Assembly: GCA_965662235.1 (NCBI GenBank)
Contig: CBFIGY010000037.1
Span: forward strand, 1 to 26,493
Direction: 5' to 3'
Source: an uncultured bacterium
GTDB taxonomy: Bacteria; SAR324; NAC60-12
DNA: 26,493 nt
Positions 1 to 9,181 of the stretch are shown here, one piece after another. The position numbers were made by a program, and so were the translations under genes. Below the pieces are notes generated by a model. The model did not search any database, had not been told where the DNA came from, and saw only the letters and a program-made list of their open reading frames with translations. The stretch's first letter is position 1, and every line of letters begins with the position of its first letter.

Positions 1-552
1 GGTGCCGATGCGCGGCATGTGGTCGTACATCACGCGGTAGCGGTGCTTGGCCAGAAACGGAAGCTGGTCAGGTGTGAAGAACGGGTGGGCGCCCAGGCAG
101 ATCATCCGACCCGAAACGCTGTCGAGCCCAGCCTGCATGCGCACCAGGTGCTCATTGAGCACCTGAGCCACCTGCCCCAGTTCCTCACGTGGGGCATCAG
201 ACAGTTCCAGCTGTCCGCCCGGCTCCACGGTGATGTTCCAGCCTTTGGGTTGCTGGACCCCCAGCAGCAGCCGTGTCCCGGCTTCCTGGGCTTCGTCAAT
301 GCGGGTCCAGGCTTCTTCCCGAGGTCCCTGTCGCATCACCTCTTCCAGCACATGCTGGACTCCCTGTTCCTCTCCCATCGGCAGAGGCGCCCAGGGGAAA
401 GAGGTGCCTTCCGGAAGCTCCCAAGTCCCTGGAGATGAGGCACTGGGAACCACAGCAAAGTTTTCAAACTCGAGTCCTAGCAGATCACGGGGGGGATGTG
501 TCCGGCGGGAGAGGAGGTCATGAAAGTAGGAAGCAATTTCAGCAGTTTGCAT
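1..552 (-). CDS. gshA: Glutamate--cysteine ligase (GCS2/plant-alphaproteobacterial type), 5' part; truncated by the window edge
   Basis: Not in the ORF track. Manual translation from ATG at 552 is open to base 1: MQTAEIASYFHDLLSRRTHPPRDLLGLEFENF...WNITVEPGGQLELSDAP...LGAHPFFTPDQLPFLAKHRYRVMYDHMPRIGT. GLEFE, EPGGQLELS and K-x-RY-x-xM...MP-x-xG match GCS2-family GshA motifs. Confidence 0.85.
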   Translation of the reverse strand, partial: MQTAEIASYFHDLLSRRTHPPRDLLGLEFENFAVVPSASSPGTWELPEGTSFPWAPLPMGEEQGVQHVLEEVMRQGPREEAWTRIDEAQEAGTRLLLGVQQPKGWNITVEPGGQLELSDAPREELGQVAQVLNEHLVRMQAGLDSVSGRMICLGAHPFFTPDQLPFLAKHRYRVMYDHMPRIGT

Positions 553-563
553 AAAGGCCAATC

Positions 564-609
564 CAAAAAGCCCTTTAATAAAGGATCCCGGCAGCAACGG
601 CCGGGGATC
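564..609 (-). terminator. Possible intrinsic terminator or stem-loop between the site-2 protease gene and gshA
   Basis: Inverted repeat GATCCCGGC (584-592) / GCCGGGGATC (600-609) with one bulge. On the minus strand it is followed by CTTTATTAAAGGGCTTTTT. Confidence 0.4.
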
Positions 610-619
610 AACGAAAAAC

Positions 620-1258
620 TCAGGTCACCCATCCCACCATCGAACGACTCATTGCGGAAATCCAGCTAAATGCGCTAAACCCCGGAAGCAGCATGCTGAC
701 CACCACCAGTCCCATGAGCGCCTGCGACCCAAAGCTCAGGTTCCAGGACTCGTAGCGGCGTCGCAGGTCACGGGGAAGGAGCTGAGGCAACACGTAGCTG
801 CCATCCAGAGGACCGAGGGGAATCAGGTTGAACAGGCAGAGGTTGAAGTTGATGAACATGAACCAGAACAGCAGTTCATCCAACGGCATGCCCATCACCT
901 CAAACACCCCAGCGCCCGCAAAGACCTGCCAGAGGATTCCTCCTGCAATGCCGAGCAGCAGGTTCATGCCTGGCCCAGCAGCCGCGACGTAGAAGTCGGC
1001 ATTGGGCACCCGAAAGTTCCGGGGGTTGACCGGCACCGGCTTGGCGTACCCGAATCCGACCATCAGGAGCATCAACGCGCCAAGGGGGTCTAGGTGTGCC
1101 ATGGGATTGGTCGTCAGACGCCCCATCATCTTGGCGGTCGCATCACCGCACCAGTTGGCCACTAGGGCATGGGCAAACTCATGCAGGCTCAGCGCAAAAA
1201 CGAGGCAGAAGGCCAGGATGATCAGCAGTTGAGGTTGATCCAACAATCGAAACAGCAT
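620..1258 (-). CDS. Site-2 protease family (peptidase M50) membrane zinc metalloprotease
   Basis: HEFAH zinc motif, AAAGPGMN, NLIPLGPLDG (NxxPxxxLDG) and several hydrophobic segments. Confidence 0.92.
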   Translation of the reverse strand: MLFRLLDQPQLLIILAFCLVFALSLHEFAHALVANWCGDATAKMMGRLTTNPMAHLDPLGALMLLMVGFGYAKPVPVNPRNFRVPNADFYVAAAGPGMNLLLGIAGGILWQVFAGAGVFEVMGMPLDELLFWFMFINFNLCLFNLIPLGPLDGSYVLPQLLPRDLRRRYESWNLSFGSQALMGLVVVSMLLPGFSAFSWISAMSRSMVGWVT

Positions 1259-1557
1259 CGCATCTTCACCGAGAAGTTGTGGGGAATGAATCGTCTCACC
1301 ACGCTACCACAGTCGCCCGCAACAACAAGCCTTCTCGATCAGGCCCCGGATCCAGAGCCTGCGCGCTTCTGGGCCTCACTCACCTGACAGCAGTGCCACT
1401 CCGGAAGGAGAAGGGAGCAGTTCACTTAGACGGGTACCATCATCCCCGCTTCCAGAAAGCACGTTTCTCTTTCAGATTGCGCCCCTGCCAGGGGTCTGAT
1501 AAATTGATTTTTTCTGGCATTTCCCTCTTTCCTCACCCTGCAGCCGTTGGTCTCTTC

Positions 1558-2145
1558 ATGCCCTCCTCTTCTGAACTTCCTCCGAAGCAACTGTACAAGG
1601 AGGGGCTCTGGCACCTCAAGGCGCAGGACTACCCCAAGGCCTCTGAGCTCATTGAGCAGGCCATTCGGGGCGTCCAGAATCCTCCTCCGGACATGTGGCG
1701 CAACCTCGGCTGGAGCCAGTACCTGCGTTTTGAAGACCTCCTCTCCTCGCGTAAGACCAGCCGTGGACTCGCGGCCCTGAGCAGCGCCCGCGCCGCTTAT
1801 GAACGGGCTGAGAAGGGATACGTCCGCGCCTACCGGAGCGAAGAAGCCCCCGACCGCAAGGACCTCATCAGCCGGCGCATCACCGACTGCCGGAGGCGCC
1901 TGATTCACCTTGAAGGATTCCTGGAGTACCTTGAGCGCCGGGAAGCGATCCTGACGGGGCAGAGCCCTGAAGCAGTCGCTGCGGAGCATCCCAACGTCAA
2001 GCTCCCGCCACGCCGGCCCTCCTCTCAGCCGACGCCCGCCGCTCCTCCAGCAGCCGAGGCGCTCGACCCCGCTTCCGCCAGCCTCAAGGATCAGGTTCAA
2101 CAAATGGTCGGACGCATCAGCAGTTGGCTCAAACCAGAACAATAG
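1558..2145 (+). CDS. Hypothetical all-helical TPR-like protein (~195 aa) with a Pro/Ala-rich C-terminal tail
   Basis: In-frame ATG at 1558 (MPSSSELPPKQLYKEGLWHLKAQDYPKASELIEQAI...WRNLGWSQY) has a TPR-like pattern. The track's upstream extension to 1279 looks non-coding. Confidence 0.6.
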   Translation: MPSSSELPPKQLYKEGLWHLKAQDYPKASELIEQAIRGVQNPPPDMWRNLGWSQYLRFEDLLSSRKTSRGLAALSSARAAYERAEKGYVRAYRSEEAPDRKDLISRRITDCRRRLIHLEGFLEYLERREAILTGQSPEAVAAEHPNVKLPPRRPSSQPTPAAPPAAEALDPASASLKDQVQQMVGRISSWLKPEQ

Positions 2146-2282
2146 CGCCTCTTTTTTAAGCAAACCCTCAATCCGTAAGTAATTTCTCTCCTCTTTTTCT
2201 CCTCCCCCCTTTCTCACAAAGGGCCCCCTATTTTTTTGTTGAATTCCTGAATTTTCGTGCCTAACGTGGAATTCGGGCTGTT

Positions 2283-2366
2283 TCTGGACTTCCAGATCCG
2301 CACGCCACAGGCTTCTCTTTCATGATAATTTTCTCATTCATTGAGAACCTTCTCAGAGATCGAGAA
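2283..2366. promoter_or_regulatory. Putative operator array upstream of the cox operon
   Basis: TTCTCA-N5-TGAGAA (2331-2347) is followed by TTCTCA-N5-CGAGAA (2350-2366) and preceded by TTCTCT-N4-TGATAA (2313-2328). A separate palindrome TCTGGA-CT-TCCAGA lies at 2283-2296. SD AGGAG at 2391-2395. Confidence 0.55.
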
Positions 2367-2401
2367 ACCTGTACCTACCTGACCTCAATTAGGAGCTGAA
2401 C

Positions 2402-3277
2402 ATGATTCCGCCATCTTTTGAGTACTTCACGCCGTCCAGTCTACCGGAGGCGATCGCCCTGCTGCATGAGCATGGGGACGACGCCAAGGTGCTGGCAGGG
2501 GGGCACAGTCTCATTCCCGCCATGCGCATTCGCTTCGCCGAGCCCACGCATCTCATTGACATCAGCAACATCGACGGGCTGAGCTACCTCAAGGAAGAAG
2601 GGGGCTACCTGAAGATTGGGGCGATGACCCGTGAGGTCGCGTTGGAAGACGAGCCCTTGATTGCTCAAAAGTACCCGCTGCTGCTCGACACCGCCAAGAT
2701 GATTGCGGACCCTCAGGTCCGGAACCTGGCCACGGTGGGAGGAAACCTGGCCCACGGTGACCCGGCGAATGATCACCCGGCGACCATGCTGGCGTACCGG
2801 GCAGAGGTGGTCATTGTCAGCAACGCTGGGGAACGGGTGGTTCCGATTGATGAGTTCTTTACCGATTTCTTCACCACCGCCGTGGAGCACGGAGAGATCC
2901 TGACAGAGATCCGCATTCCGGTTCCTCCGGAGCGAAGTGGAGGCTGTTACCTCAAGGTGGAGCGCAAGGTGGGGGACTATGCCGCCGCCGCCGCGGCTGT
3001 GCAACTGACCCTCGGCGCCGATGGCAGCATCACGCAGGCGGGCCTAGGCCTGACCAACGTCGCTCCCGTTCCCACACGCATCCAGGATGCTGAGCAGCTG
3101 CTGATCGGCAAGCAGCCCGACGAGGCGCTGTTTGCGCAGGCCGGACAAATTGCCGCTGATGCCTGCAGTCCCGTTGACGACCTCCGTGGGTCGGAAGCGT
3201 ACAAGCGTTCACTCGTCAAGGAATTAACACAACGTGCGCTGCGGAAGTCCGTTGAGCGTGCCCAAGGGAGGAACTGA
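2402..3277 (+). CDS. coxM: Aerobic CO dehydrogenase medium (FAD) subunit
   Basis: MIPPSFEY start, AGGHSL and RNLATVGGNLAHGDPAND FAD-binding motifs, KVERKVGDYA; SD AGGAG; first gene of the M-S-L order. Confidence 0.96.
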   Translation: MIPPSFEYFTPSSLPEAIALLHEHGDDAKVLAGGHSLIPAMRIRFAEPTHLIDISNIDGLSYLKEEGGYLKIGAMTREVALEDEPLIAQKYPLLLDTAKMIADPQVRNLATVGGNLAHGDPANDHPATMLAYRAEVVIVSNAGERVVPIDEFFTDFFTTAVEHGEILTEIRIPVPPERSGGCYLKVERKVGDYAAAAAAVQLTLGADGSITQAGLGLTNVAPVPTRIQDAEQLLIGKQPDEALFAQAGQIAADACSPVDDLRGSEAYKRSLVKELTQRALRKSVERAQGRN

Positions 3278-3280
3278 ACC

Positions 3281-3772
3281 ATGTCCAAGCACAGCGTCAA
3301 GATCGACATCAATGGAGAGACCATCGAGCAAGAGGTGGACTCACGCAAGCTTCTGGTGCACTTCATCCGGGATGACCTGCACATGACGGGCACCCACATC
3401 GGGTGCGACACCTCCAGCTGTGGCGCCTGCACGGTGCTGCTGGACGGAAAGGCGGTCAAGTCCTGCACCGTCTTTGCGGTTCAGGCCAATGGCAAGCAGG
3501 TGGAAACAATTGAGGGCATGGAGCAGGATGGGCAGCTGCATCCTCTGCAGGAAGGCTTTCACGAGGAGCATGGGCTCCAGTGTGGCTTCTGCACTCCTGG
3601 AATGATCCTCCGGGCCAAGGAGCTTCTGGAGAAGAATCCGAACCCGACTGAAGAAGAAATCCGCTGGGGCATTTCCGGAAACCTCTGCCGCTGCACCGGT
3701 TATGTCAACATCATCAAAGCCATTCAGTATGCTGCTGAAAAGATGAAACAACCCCAACAGGAGGCCGCATGA
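3281..3772 (+). CDS. coxS: Aerobic CO dehydrogenase small (2x[2Fe-2S]) subunit
   Basis: [10 protein letters not shown]...KSC and QCGFCTPG...GNLCRCTGY cluster-binding motifs; SD GGAGG. Confidence 0.96.
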   Translation: MSKHSVKIDINGETIEQEVDSRKLLVHFIRDDLHMTGTHIGCDTSSCGACTVLLDGKAVKSCTVFAVQANGKQVETIEGMEQDGQLHPLQEGFHEEHGLQCGFCTPGMILRAKELLEKNPNPTEEEIRWGISGNLCRCTGYVNIIKAIQYAAEKMKQPQQEAA

Positions 3773-6144
3773 TCATGTGCAAAACATCCCGCGACGTCGG
3801 GGGCATGGGGCACAGCCTCAAGCGTAAGGAAGACGCCCGCTTCATCCGAGGCCTGGGCAAGTACACCGACGACGTGCAGCTTCCCGGCATGCTCTACATG
3901 GACATTGCCCGGAGCCCGTTTGCGTACGCCAAGATCAAGAACATTGACAAGGACGCCGCTCTCTCCATCCCGGGAGTGCTGGCCGTCATCACCGGGAAGG
4001 ACCTGGAGCAGTACAACCTGCACTGGATGCCGACCCTGATGTCAGATACCCAGATGGTGCTTCCCACCGACACCGTCATGTACCAAGCCCAAGAAGTGGC
4101 GGCCGTGATTGCCACCGACCGCTACATCGCGGCAGACGCTGTTCAGGCGCTGGAAAACTCGATTGAGTATGAGCCGATGAAGCCGCTCGTCGATCCGTTC
4201 AAGGCCCTTGACGAGGATGCGCCGCTGCTGCGTCCGGACAAGGAAGGCAAGACCAACAACCACATCTGGCACTGGGAAACCGGGGACCGGGAAGCCACCG
4301 AGAAGGCCTTCAGCGAAGCCGACGTGGTGGTGAAGCAGGACATGTACATCCCCCGCATCCACGTGGCGTCCATTGAAACCTGCGGCTGTGTGGCCAGCTA
4401 CGACAAAGCCGAGGGCAAGCTCACCGTCTGGATGACCACCCAGGCGCCGCATGCCATCCGGACCGTCATTGCTCTGGTTGCCGGACACGTGGGGCTCTCG
4501 GAAGAACGCATCCGTGTCATCTCTCCTGACATTGGTGGTGGATTTGGCGGAAAGGTTCCGGTCTACCCAGGATATGTCATTTCCATCGCCGCGAGCTTCC
4601 TCATCGGCAAGCCCGTCAAGTGGATTGAGGACCGCTCCGAAAACCTGCAGGCCGACTCCTTTGCCCGCGACTACCACATGTCCGTGGAACTCGCGGCTTC
4701 CAAAGAAGGCAAGATGCAGGCTCTGCGGATCAAGACCCTTGCCGACCACGGCTACACCGATGCAGCGGCCAATCCGTCGAAGTACCCTGCCGGCATGTTC
4801 TCCATCTGCACAGGCTCCTACGACATCCCCACCGCCTTCACCGAAATGGATGCGGTTTACACCAACAAGCCACCAGGAGGCGTTGCCTACCGCTGCTCCT
4901 TCCGGGTGACCGAGGCCATTCACGCCATTGAGCGGGTGACCGACGTTTTGGCTCAGGAACTCGAAATGGATGCCGCGGAACTGCGCTTCAAGAACTTCAT
5001 TCCGGAAGACCAGTTCCCCTACCAGTCCGCCCTGGGATGGGAGTATGACTCCGGAAACTATGCGCCTGCTCTGCGCTTGGCCATGGACAAGCTCGACTAC
5101 GAAGGCCTCCGGAAGGAACAGGCCGAGAAGCGCGCCCGTGGCGAGTTCATGGGCATCGGCATCTCTAGCTTCACCGAAGTAGTCGGCGCCGGACCGTCCA
5201 AGGATTTCGACATCCTGGGCATCAAGATGTTCGACAGCTGTGAGATCCGCATTCACCCAACCGGGAAGGCGATCGCTCGCTTCGGAACCAAGTCTCAGGG
5301 ACAGGGGCACGAAACCACCTATGCCCAGATCCTGGCAGAGGAGCTTGGCATTCCGGCCACCCACATCCAGATCGAGGAAGGAGACACCGACACGGCTCCT
5401 TACGGTTTGGGCACCTACGCGTCCCGTAGTACTCCCACTGCCGGAGCCGCCGCCGCCAAGGCCGCCCACAAGGTCCGGGACAAGGCCCGCAAGATTGCTG
5501 CCCACCTGCTGGAAGTCAGCGAAGAGGACCTTGAGTGGGAAACCGGTAAGTTCTTTGTCAAGGGCGCTCCGGAGAAGTCCACCACCATTCAGGACATTGC
5601 CTTTGCGGCCTACACCAACCACCCGCAAGGGATGGAAGCCGGCTTGGAAGCGGTTCATTACTACGACCCGCCCAACCTGACCTTCCCCTTCGGCTCGTAC
5701 ATCTGTGTCGTTGACATTGACAACAAAACCGCTGAGATCAAGATCCGGCGCTTTGTTGCCATTGACGACTGCGGCAACATCATCAACCCGATGATTGCCC
5801 AGGGCCAGGTGCACGGAGGTCTGACCATGGGCATGGCGCCCGCCATGTTTGAGGAGCTGGTCTACGATGAGGAAGGCAACATCCTCAATGGAACCTTCAT
5901 GGACTACCTCCTGCCTACGGCGGTGGAAACCCCGGCCTGGGAAACGGATCACACGATCACGCCCTGCCCGCACCACCCCATTGGCGCCAAGGGACTGGCT
6001 GAGTCTCCCACCGTTGGGGCGCCTCCGGCCATTGCCAACGCGGTTGTCGATGCTCTGTCGCACTTAGGGGTGAAGCACGTGGACATCCCCATCACGCCTT
6101 ACAAGGTCTGGCAGATCCTCAAGGACAAGGGAGTCGTCTCCTGA
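3769..6144 (+). CDS. coxL: Aerobic CO dehydrogenase large (Mo-Cu) subunit, form I
   Basis: Active-site loop AYRCSFR at 4885-4905 (form I signature AYxCSFR), plus GGGFGGK, QGQGHET and GQVHGG; ATGA overlap with the coxS stop. Confidence 0.97.
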   Translation: MIMCKTSRDVGGMGHSLKRKEDARFIRGLGKYTDDVQLPGMLYMDIARSPFAYAKIKNIDKDAALSIPGVLAVITGKDLEQYNLHWMPTLMSDTQMVLPTDTVMYQAQEVAAVIATDRYIAADAVQALENSIEYEPMKPLVDPFKALDEDAPLLRPDKEGKTNNHIWHWETGDREATEKAFSEADVVVKQDMYIPRIHVASIETCGCVASYDKAEGKLTVWMTTQAPHAIRTVIALVAGHVGLSEERIRVISPDIGGGFGGKVPVYPGYVISIAASFLIGKPVKWIEDRSENLQADSFARDYHMSVELAASKEGKMQALRIKTLADHGYTDAAANPSKYPAGMFSICTGSYDIPTAFTEMDAVYTNKPPGGVAYRCSFRVTEAIHAIERVTDVLAQELEMDAAELRFKNFIPEDQFPYQSALGWEYDSGNYAPALRLAMDKLDYEGLRKEQAEKRARGEFMGIGISSFTEVVGAGPSKDFDILGIKMFDSCEIRIHPTGKAIARFGTKSQGQGHETTYAQILAEELGIPATHIQIEEGDTDTAPYGLGTYASRSTPTAGAAAAKAAHKVRDKARKIAAHLLEVSEEDLEWETGKFFVKGAPEKSTTIQDIAFAAYTNHPQGMEAGLEAVHYYDPPNLTFPFGSYICVVDIDNKTAEIKIRRFVAIDDCGNIINPMIAQGQVHGGLTMGMAPAMFEELVYDEEGNILNGTFMDYLLPTAVETPAWETDHTITPCPHHPIGAKGLAESPTVGAPPAIANAVVDALSHLGVKHVDIPITPYKVWQILKDKGVVS

Positions 6145-6156
6145 TTGCTTGAGTTC

Positions 6157-6181
6157 GGGGGTGGTCCGCCACCCCCTCTTT
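6157..6181 (+). terminator. Intercistronic hairpin after coxL (weak terminator or mRNA stabiliser)
   Basis: Perfect 8-bp stem GGGGGTGG-TCCG-CCACCCCC followed by TCTTT. Confidence 0.55.
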
Positions 6182-6210
6182 CGACCACCCTCAACCATTG
6201 GAGTGCCCCC

Positions 6211-7101
6211 GTGAAACCTGATCTCCCCGCCGATCCGGACTCGGTCGTCACGCTCTTGGACCAAGCCGGATACGTGGTGGATGAGGCCCTCGCCACATCC
6301 GTCTTCCTCCTCCTGCAGATGGGCAAGCCCATTCTCCTGGAAGGTCCCTCGGGAGTGGGAAAAACCGAGCTGGCCCAAACCCTGGCCCAGTCCCTGAACA
6401 CGCAACTGATCCGCCTGCAGTGCTACGAAGGCCTAGACATCAACAGCGCGGTCTACGAGTGGAATTACCCCAAGCAGCTCCTGGCCATCCGCATGGACTC
6501 CGCCGAGCCCGTCTCCCGGGAACAGCGGCAGCAGGAAATTTTTGACGAGGAGTACCTGCTGGAGCGCCCGCTGCTGCAAGCCATCCGAGCACAGGACCAA
6601 GCCCCCGTCTTGCTGATTGATGAGGTGGACCGTGCCGACGAAGAGTTTGAAGCCTTTCTGCTGGAACTGCTTTCCGCCTTCCAGATCACCATCCCTGAGC
6701 TGGGAACCCTGACCGCCCAGCACCGCCCGCTGGTCATCCTCACCTCCAACCGCACCCGGGAACTGAGCGACGCCTTGAAGCGGCGCTGCCTCTACCACTG
6801 GATCACCTATCCTGATGCGGAGAAGGAGCAGGCCATTCTGCAAAAGCGGATGCCGCAGATTCAGGATCAGCTGGCACAGCAGACGGTCCGCTGCATCCAA
6901 GCCCTCCGGGAGCTGCGCCTGAGCAAGGCCCCTGGAGTCGCAGAAACCCTTGACTGGGCGCAAGCGCTCCTGGTGCTTCAGAAGGAGCAGCTCGACGTTG
7001 CTACCTTTGAGCGCACCCTGGGCTGCATCCTCAAGTCCACTGAAGACATGGACGCCGTCCGGAACCTGGGACTGGAGACCTTCCTCCAGGAAGCAGCCTA
7101 A
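6211..7101 (+). CDS. coxD: CoxD-type MoxR-family AAA+ ATPase, copy 1
   Basis: Walker A GPSGVGKT, RLQCYEG, Walker B LLIDEVDRAD, NRTRELSDALKRRC. GTG at 6211 with SD GGAG at 6200-6203 is preferred over the track start at 6145. Confidence 0.9.
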   Translation: MKPDLPADPDSVVTLLDQAGYVVDEALATSVFLLLQMGKPILLEGPSGVGKTELAQTLAQSLNTQLIRLQCYEGLDINSAVYEWNYPKQLLAIRMDSAEPVSREQRQQEIFDEEYLLERPLLQAIRAQDQAPVLLIDEVDRADEEFEAFLLELLSAFQITIPELGTLTAQHRPLVILTSNRTRELSDALKRRCLYHWITYPDAEKEQAILQKRMPQIQDQLAQQTVRCIQALRELRLSKAPGVAETLDWAQALLVLQKEQLDVATFERTLGCILKSTEDMDAVRNLGLETFLQEAA

Positions 7102-8243
7102 TGTCGGCCCCTGTCTTCTGGCAGCAGGAGACCCTTCCAGACGCGCTCCTGGGCTTCTGTCGCCTGGCCCGGGAGAGTGGCTTCCGGGTGGGCGTTCAGG
7201 AGGCGCACGCGGCGTTGGAAGCGGTCCGGATCGGTCCCATCCACCACAAACCGTACCTCCGGGAAAGTCTGCGGGCGCTGCTCTGCACCTCTCAGCAGGA
7301 CGTGGAGGCTTTTGACGCCCTCTTTGAAGCGTACTGGTCCACTGAGCCCCTTCCCTATCAGCGTTCCAACCGTCGCAAGAAGGTCAACCCGCTGGGCGTG
7401 GTCACCCGGGAAAGTCGGTCGCTGCTGACCTTCATGAACACCGGCGCCGAACGGGAGGATTCGGTCCGAGAAGATCAGGAGGTTTCCGGAGCCAGCCTCC
7501 AAGAGGCCCTCCGCAAGACGGACTTTTCCAAGGTGCCTCTGGCTCATCTGGAGGAGCTGGAACGGCTCACCCAACGCCTCTCGGAGCAACTCAGCGCCCG
7601 CCTCTCACGGCGCCTCAAGCCCTCGACACGAGAGGGGAAGCTCCACCTCCGCCGCACCATCCGGCAGAACCTGCAGCACGGGGGCGAGCCCCTGCACCTG
7701 AGCTACCGGACCCGGAAGCTCCGCAAGCCCGGACTCGTGGCTCTGCTGGACATCAGCGGCTCCATGGACCAGTACAGCCTGTTCTTCCTCCGGTTCCTGC
7801 ACGCGCTTCAGCAGAACTTCCGGCGCATGGACGCCTTCCTCTTCAGCACCCGCCTCACGGCTATCTCGGAGAAGCTGCGGACCCGGCAGTTTCCGGAATC
7901 GCTCCGCAAGCTCTCGGAACGGGAAGAGGCCTGGTCCAGCGGCACTCGCATCGGAGAGTGCCTGCACCACTTCCATGAGGTCCACGCCCGCCCCCTGCTG
8001 TCTCGTAACACCATCGTCCTCATCCTCAGTGACGGATACGACACCGGAGACCCGGAGCTGCTGGGCCAGCAGATGCGCCGTTTTCACGGACGGGTCCTCA
8101 AGACCATCTGGCTGAACCCCATGCTCGGCATGGAGCGCTACGAGCCCGCCACCGCAGGCATGCAGGCGGCGCTGCCCTGGGTCGATGCCTTTGTTGCTGC
8201 TCACAACCTGGAAAGCCTTCTCGACTTGGAGAACCTGTTATGA
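7101..8243 (+). CDS. coxE: CoxE-type VWA-domain protein, copy 1
   Basis: MIDAS DISGSM, FLFSTRL, WSSGTRIG, ILSDGYDTG, IWLNP; TAATG coupling to coxD. Confidence 0.9.
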   Translation: MSAPVFWQQETLPDALLGFCRLARESGFRVGVQEAHAALEAVRIGPIHHKPYLRESLRALLCTSQQDVEAFDALFEAYWSTEPLPYQRSNRRKKVNPLGVVTRESRSLLTFMNTGAEREDSVREDQEVSGASLQEALRKTDFSKVPLAHLEELERLTQRLSEQLSARLSRRLKPSTREGKLHLRRTIRQNLQHGGEPLHLSYRTRKLRKPGLVALLDISGSMDQYSLFFLRFLHALQQNFRRMDAFLFSTRLTAISEKLRTRQFPESLRKLSEREEAWSSGTRIGECLHHFHEVHARPLLSRNTIVLILSDGYDTGDPELLGQQMRRFHGRVLKTIWLNPMLGMERYEPATAGMQAALPWVDAFVAAHNLESLLDLENLL

Positions 8244-9181
8244 TTGATCAATTCTTAAAGCATGCTCAGGAGCTGCGGGAGCGGCGCGAGCCCTTTGCCC
8301 ACGCCATTGTGGTGCGGCATGGCAAGCCCATCTCGGGAAAGCCCGGAGACAAGGCGATCATCCACCAAGATGGCTCCCTGCACGGCTGGATTGGAGGCGG
8401 CTGCACGCACCCGTTGGTGGTCAAGGAAGCCCTCATGGCCCTCCGGGACGGAAAGCCCCGCATGATCGCCGTCAATCCTTCGGGCACGGCTCAGCCCCTA
8501 GAAGGCGTCACGCAGTACCAAATGACCTGCCACAGCGGCGGCGCCCTCGACGTTTACATTGAGCCCGTCCTTCCGGAACCGCAGGTGGTGGTGCTCGGAA
8601 GCTCTCCGGTCGGAGAACACCTGAAGCGCCTAGCCCAAGAAATTGGCTACAGCGTCCCCGAGGAGATCCCCACCTCCTGCTGCGGAACCCTGCAGCTCGA
8701 GCAACTGGGGCTCAACGCCAACAGCTACCTGGTGGTGGCCACGCAGGGAGAGGATGACGAGACGGCGCTGGAACAAGCGCTGCGCACGACGTCCCCCTAT
8801 GTGGCCTTCATTGGCAGTCGCAAGAAAGCCGGAGCCCTTCAGGAATACCTTCAGCGTCAGGGCATTGCCCCAGAGCGTCTAGCTCAGCTCCGGACCCCTG
8901 CAGGCCTCGACATTTCCGCCCACTCGCCAGCTGAGATTGCCGTCAGCGTGCTGGCCGAAATCATTCAGGTCTTCCGGACGCAGCCGCCTGCGTTTTCCAA
9001 CCCGGAAGCCCTAGCGGTCCTAGAACAGGAAACCGCAACCGACCCCATCTGTGGCATGAGCGTGACCGTTGCGTCAGCCAAGCATCAGGCGGAGCACCAA
9101 GGACAGGCGTATTACTTCTGCTGCGCCGGATGCCGCACCCGCTTTCTGGAAAATCCAGAGGCGGTTCTGGCCAACGCTTAA
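8240..9181 (+). CDS. coxF: XdhC/CoxF-family Moco chaperone with a C-terminal YHS/TRASH metal-binding domain
   Basis: GWIGGGC, MTCHSGG, IGSRKK, PAGLDI...PAEIAVSVLAEII; C-terminal DPICGMSV...YYFCCAGCRTRF (from 9041). Confidence 0.85.
   Translation: MIDQFLKHAQELRERREPFAHAIVVRHGKPISGKPGDKAIIHQDGSLHGWIGGGCTHPLVVKEALMALRDGKPRMIAVNPSGTAQPLEGVTQYQMTCHSGGALDVYIEPVLPEPQVVVLGSSPVGEHLKRLAQEIGYSVPEEIPTSCCGTLQLEQLGLNANSYLVVATQGEDDETALEQALRTTSPYVAFIGSRKKAGALQEYLQRQGIAPERLAQLRTPAGLDISAHSPAEIAVSVLAEIIQVFRTQPPAFSNPEALAVLEQETATDPICGMSVTVASAKHQAEHQGQAYYFCCAGCRTRFLENPEAVLANA

Noticed and set aside
19..554. Plus-strand ORFs 19-438, 230-523 and 273-554
   Set aside because: They are shadows of the minus-strand gshA frame.
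1..1258. Functional link of gshA or the site-2 protease to CODH (Cu-glutathione handling, regulated proteolysis)
   Set aside because: They are divergently transcribed common housekeeping genes, and proximity is the only evidence.
1380..1430. GCCACTCCGGAAGGAGAAGGGAGCAG, reminiscent of the SRP RNA loop or a cobalamin riboswitch fragment
   Set aside because: It lacks the CAGG-x-CCGGAAGG-x-AGCAG geometry, the flanking long stem and the B12-box elements. An Rfam search would be needed, and the sequence alone does not support a call.
4042..6063. 673-aa antisense ORF over coxL, and other long shadow ORFs (e.g. 10834-11628, 17753-18607, 24474-25430, 1426-2217)
   Set aside because: They lie opposite well-supported genes, have no recognisable motifs, and are expected from high-GC codon bias.
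2402..6144. Alternative call as xanthine dehydrogenase or form II CODH-like enzyme
   Set aside because: The AYRCSFR motif and M-S-L order specify form I CODH.
6409..6434. 26-nt exact match between coxD1 (6409-6434) and coxD2 (13380-13405)
   Set aside because: It encodes the conserved IRLQCYEG motif in preferred codons. The rest of the two genes is diverged, so it is not evidence of a repeat element or recent duplication.
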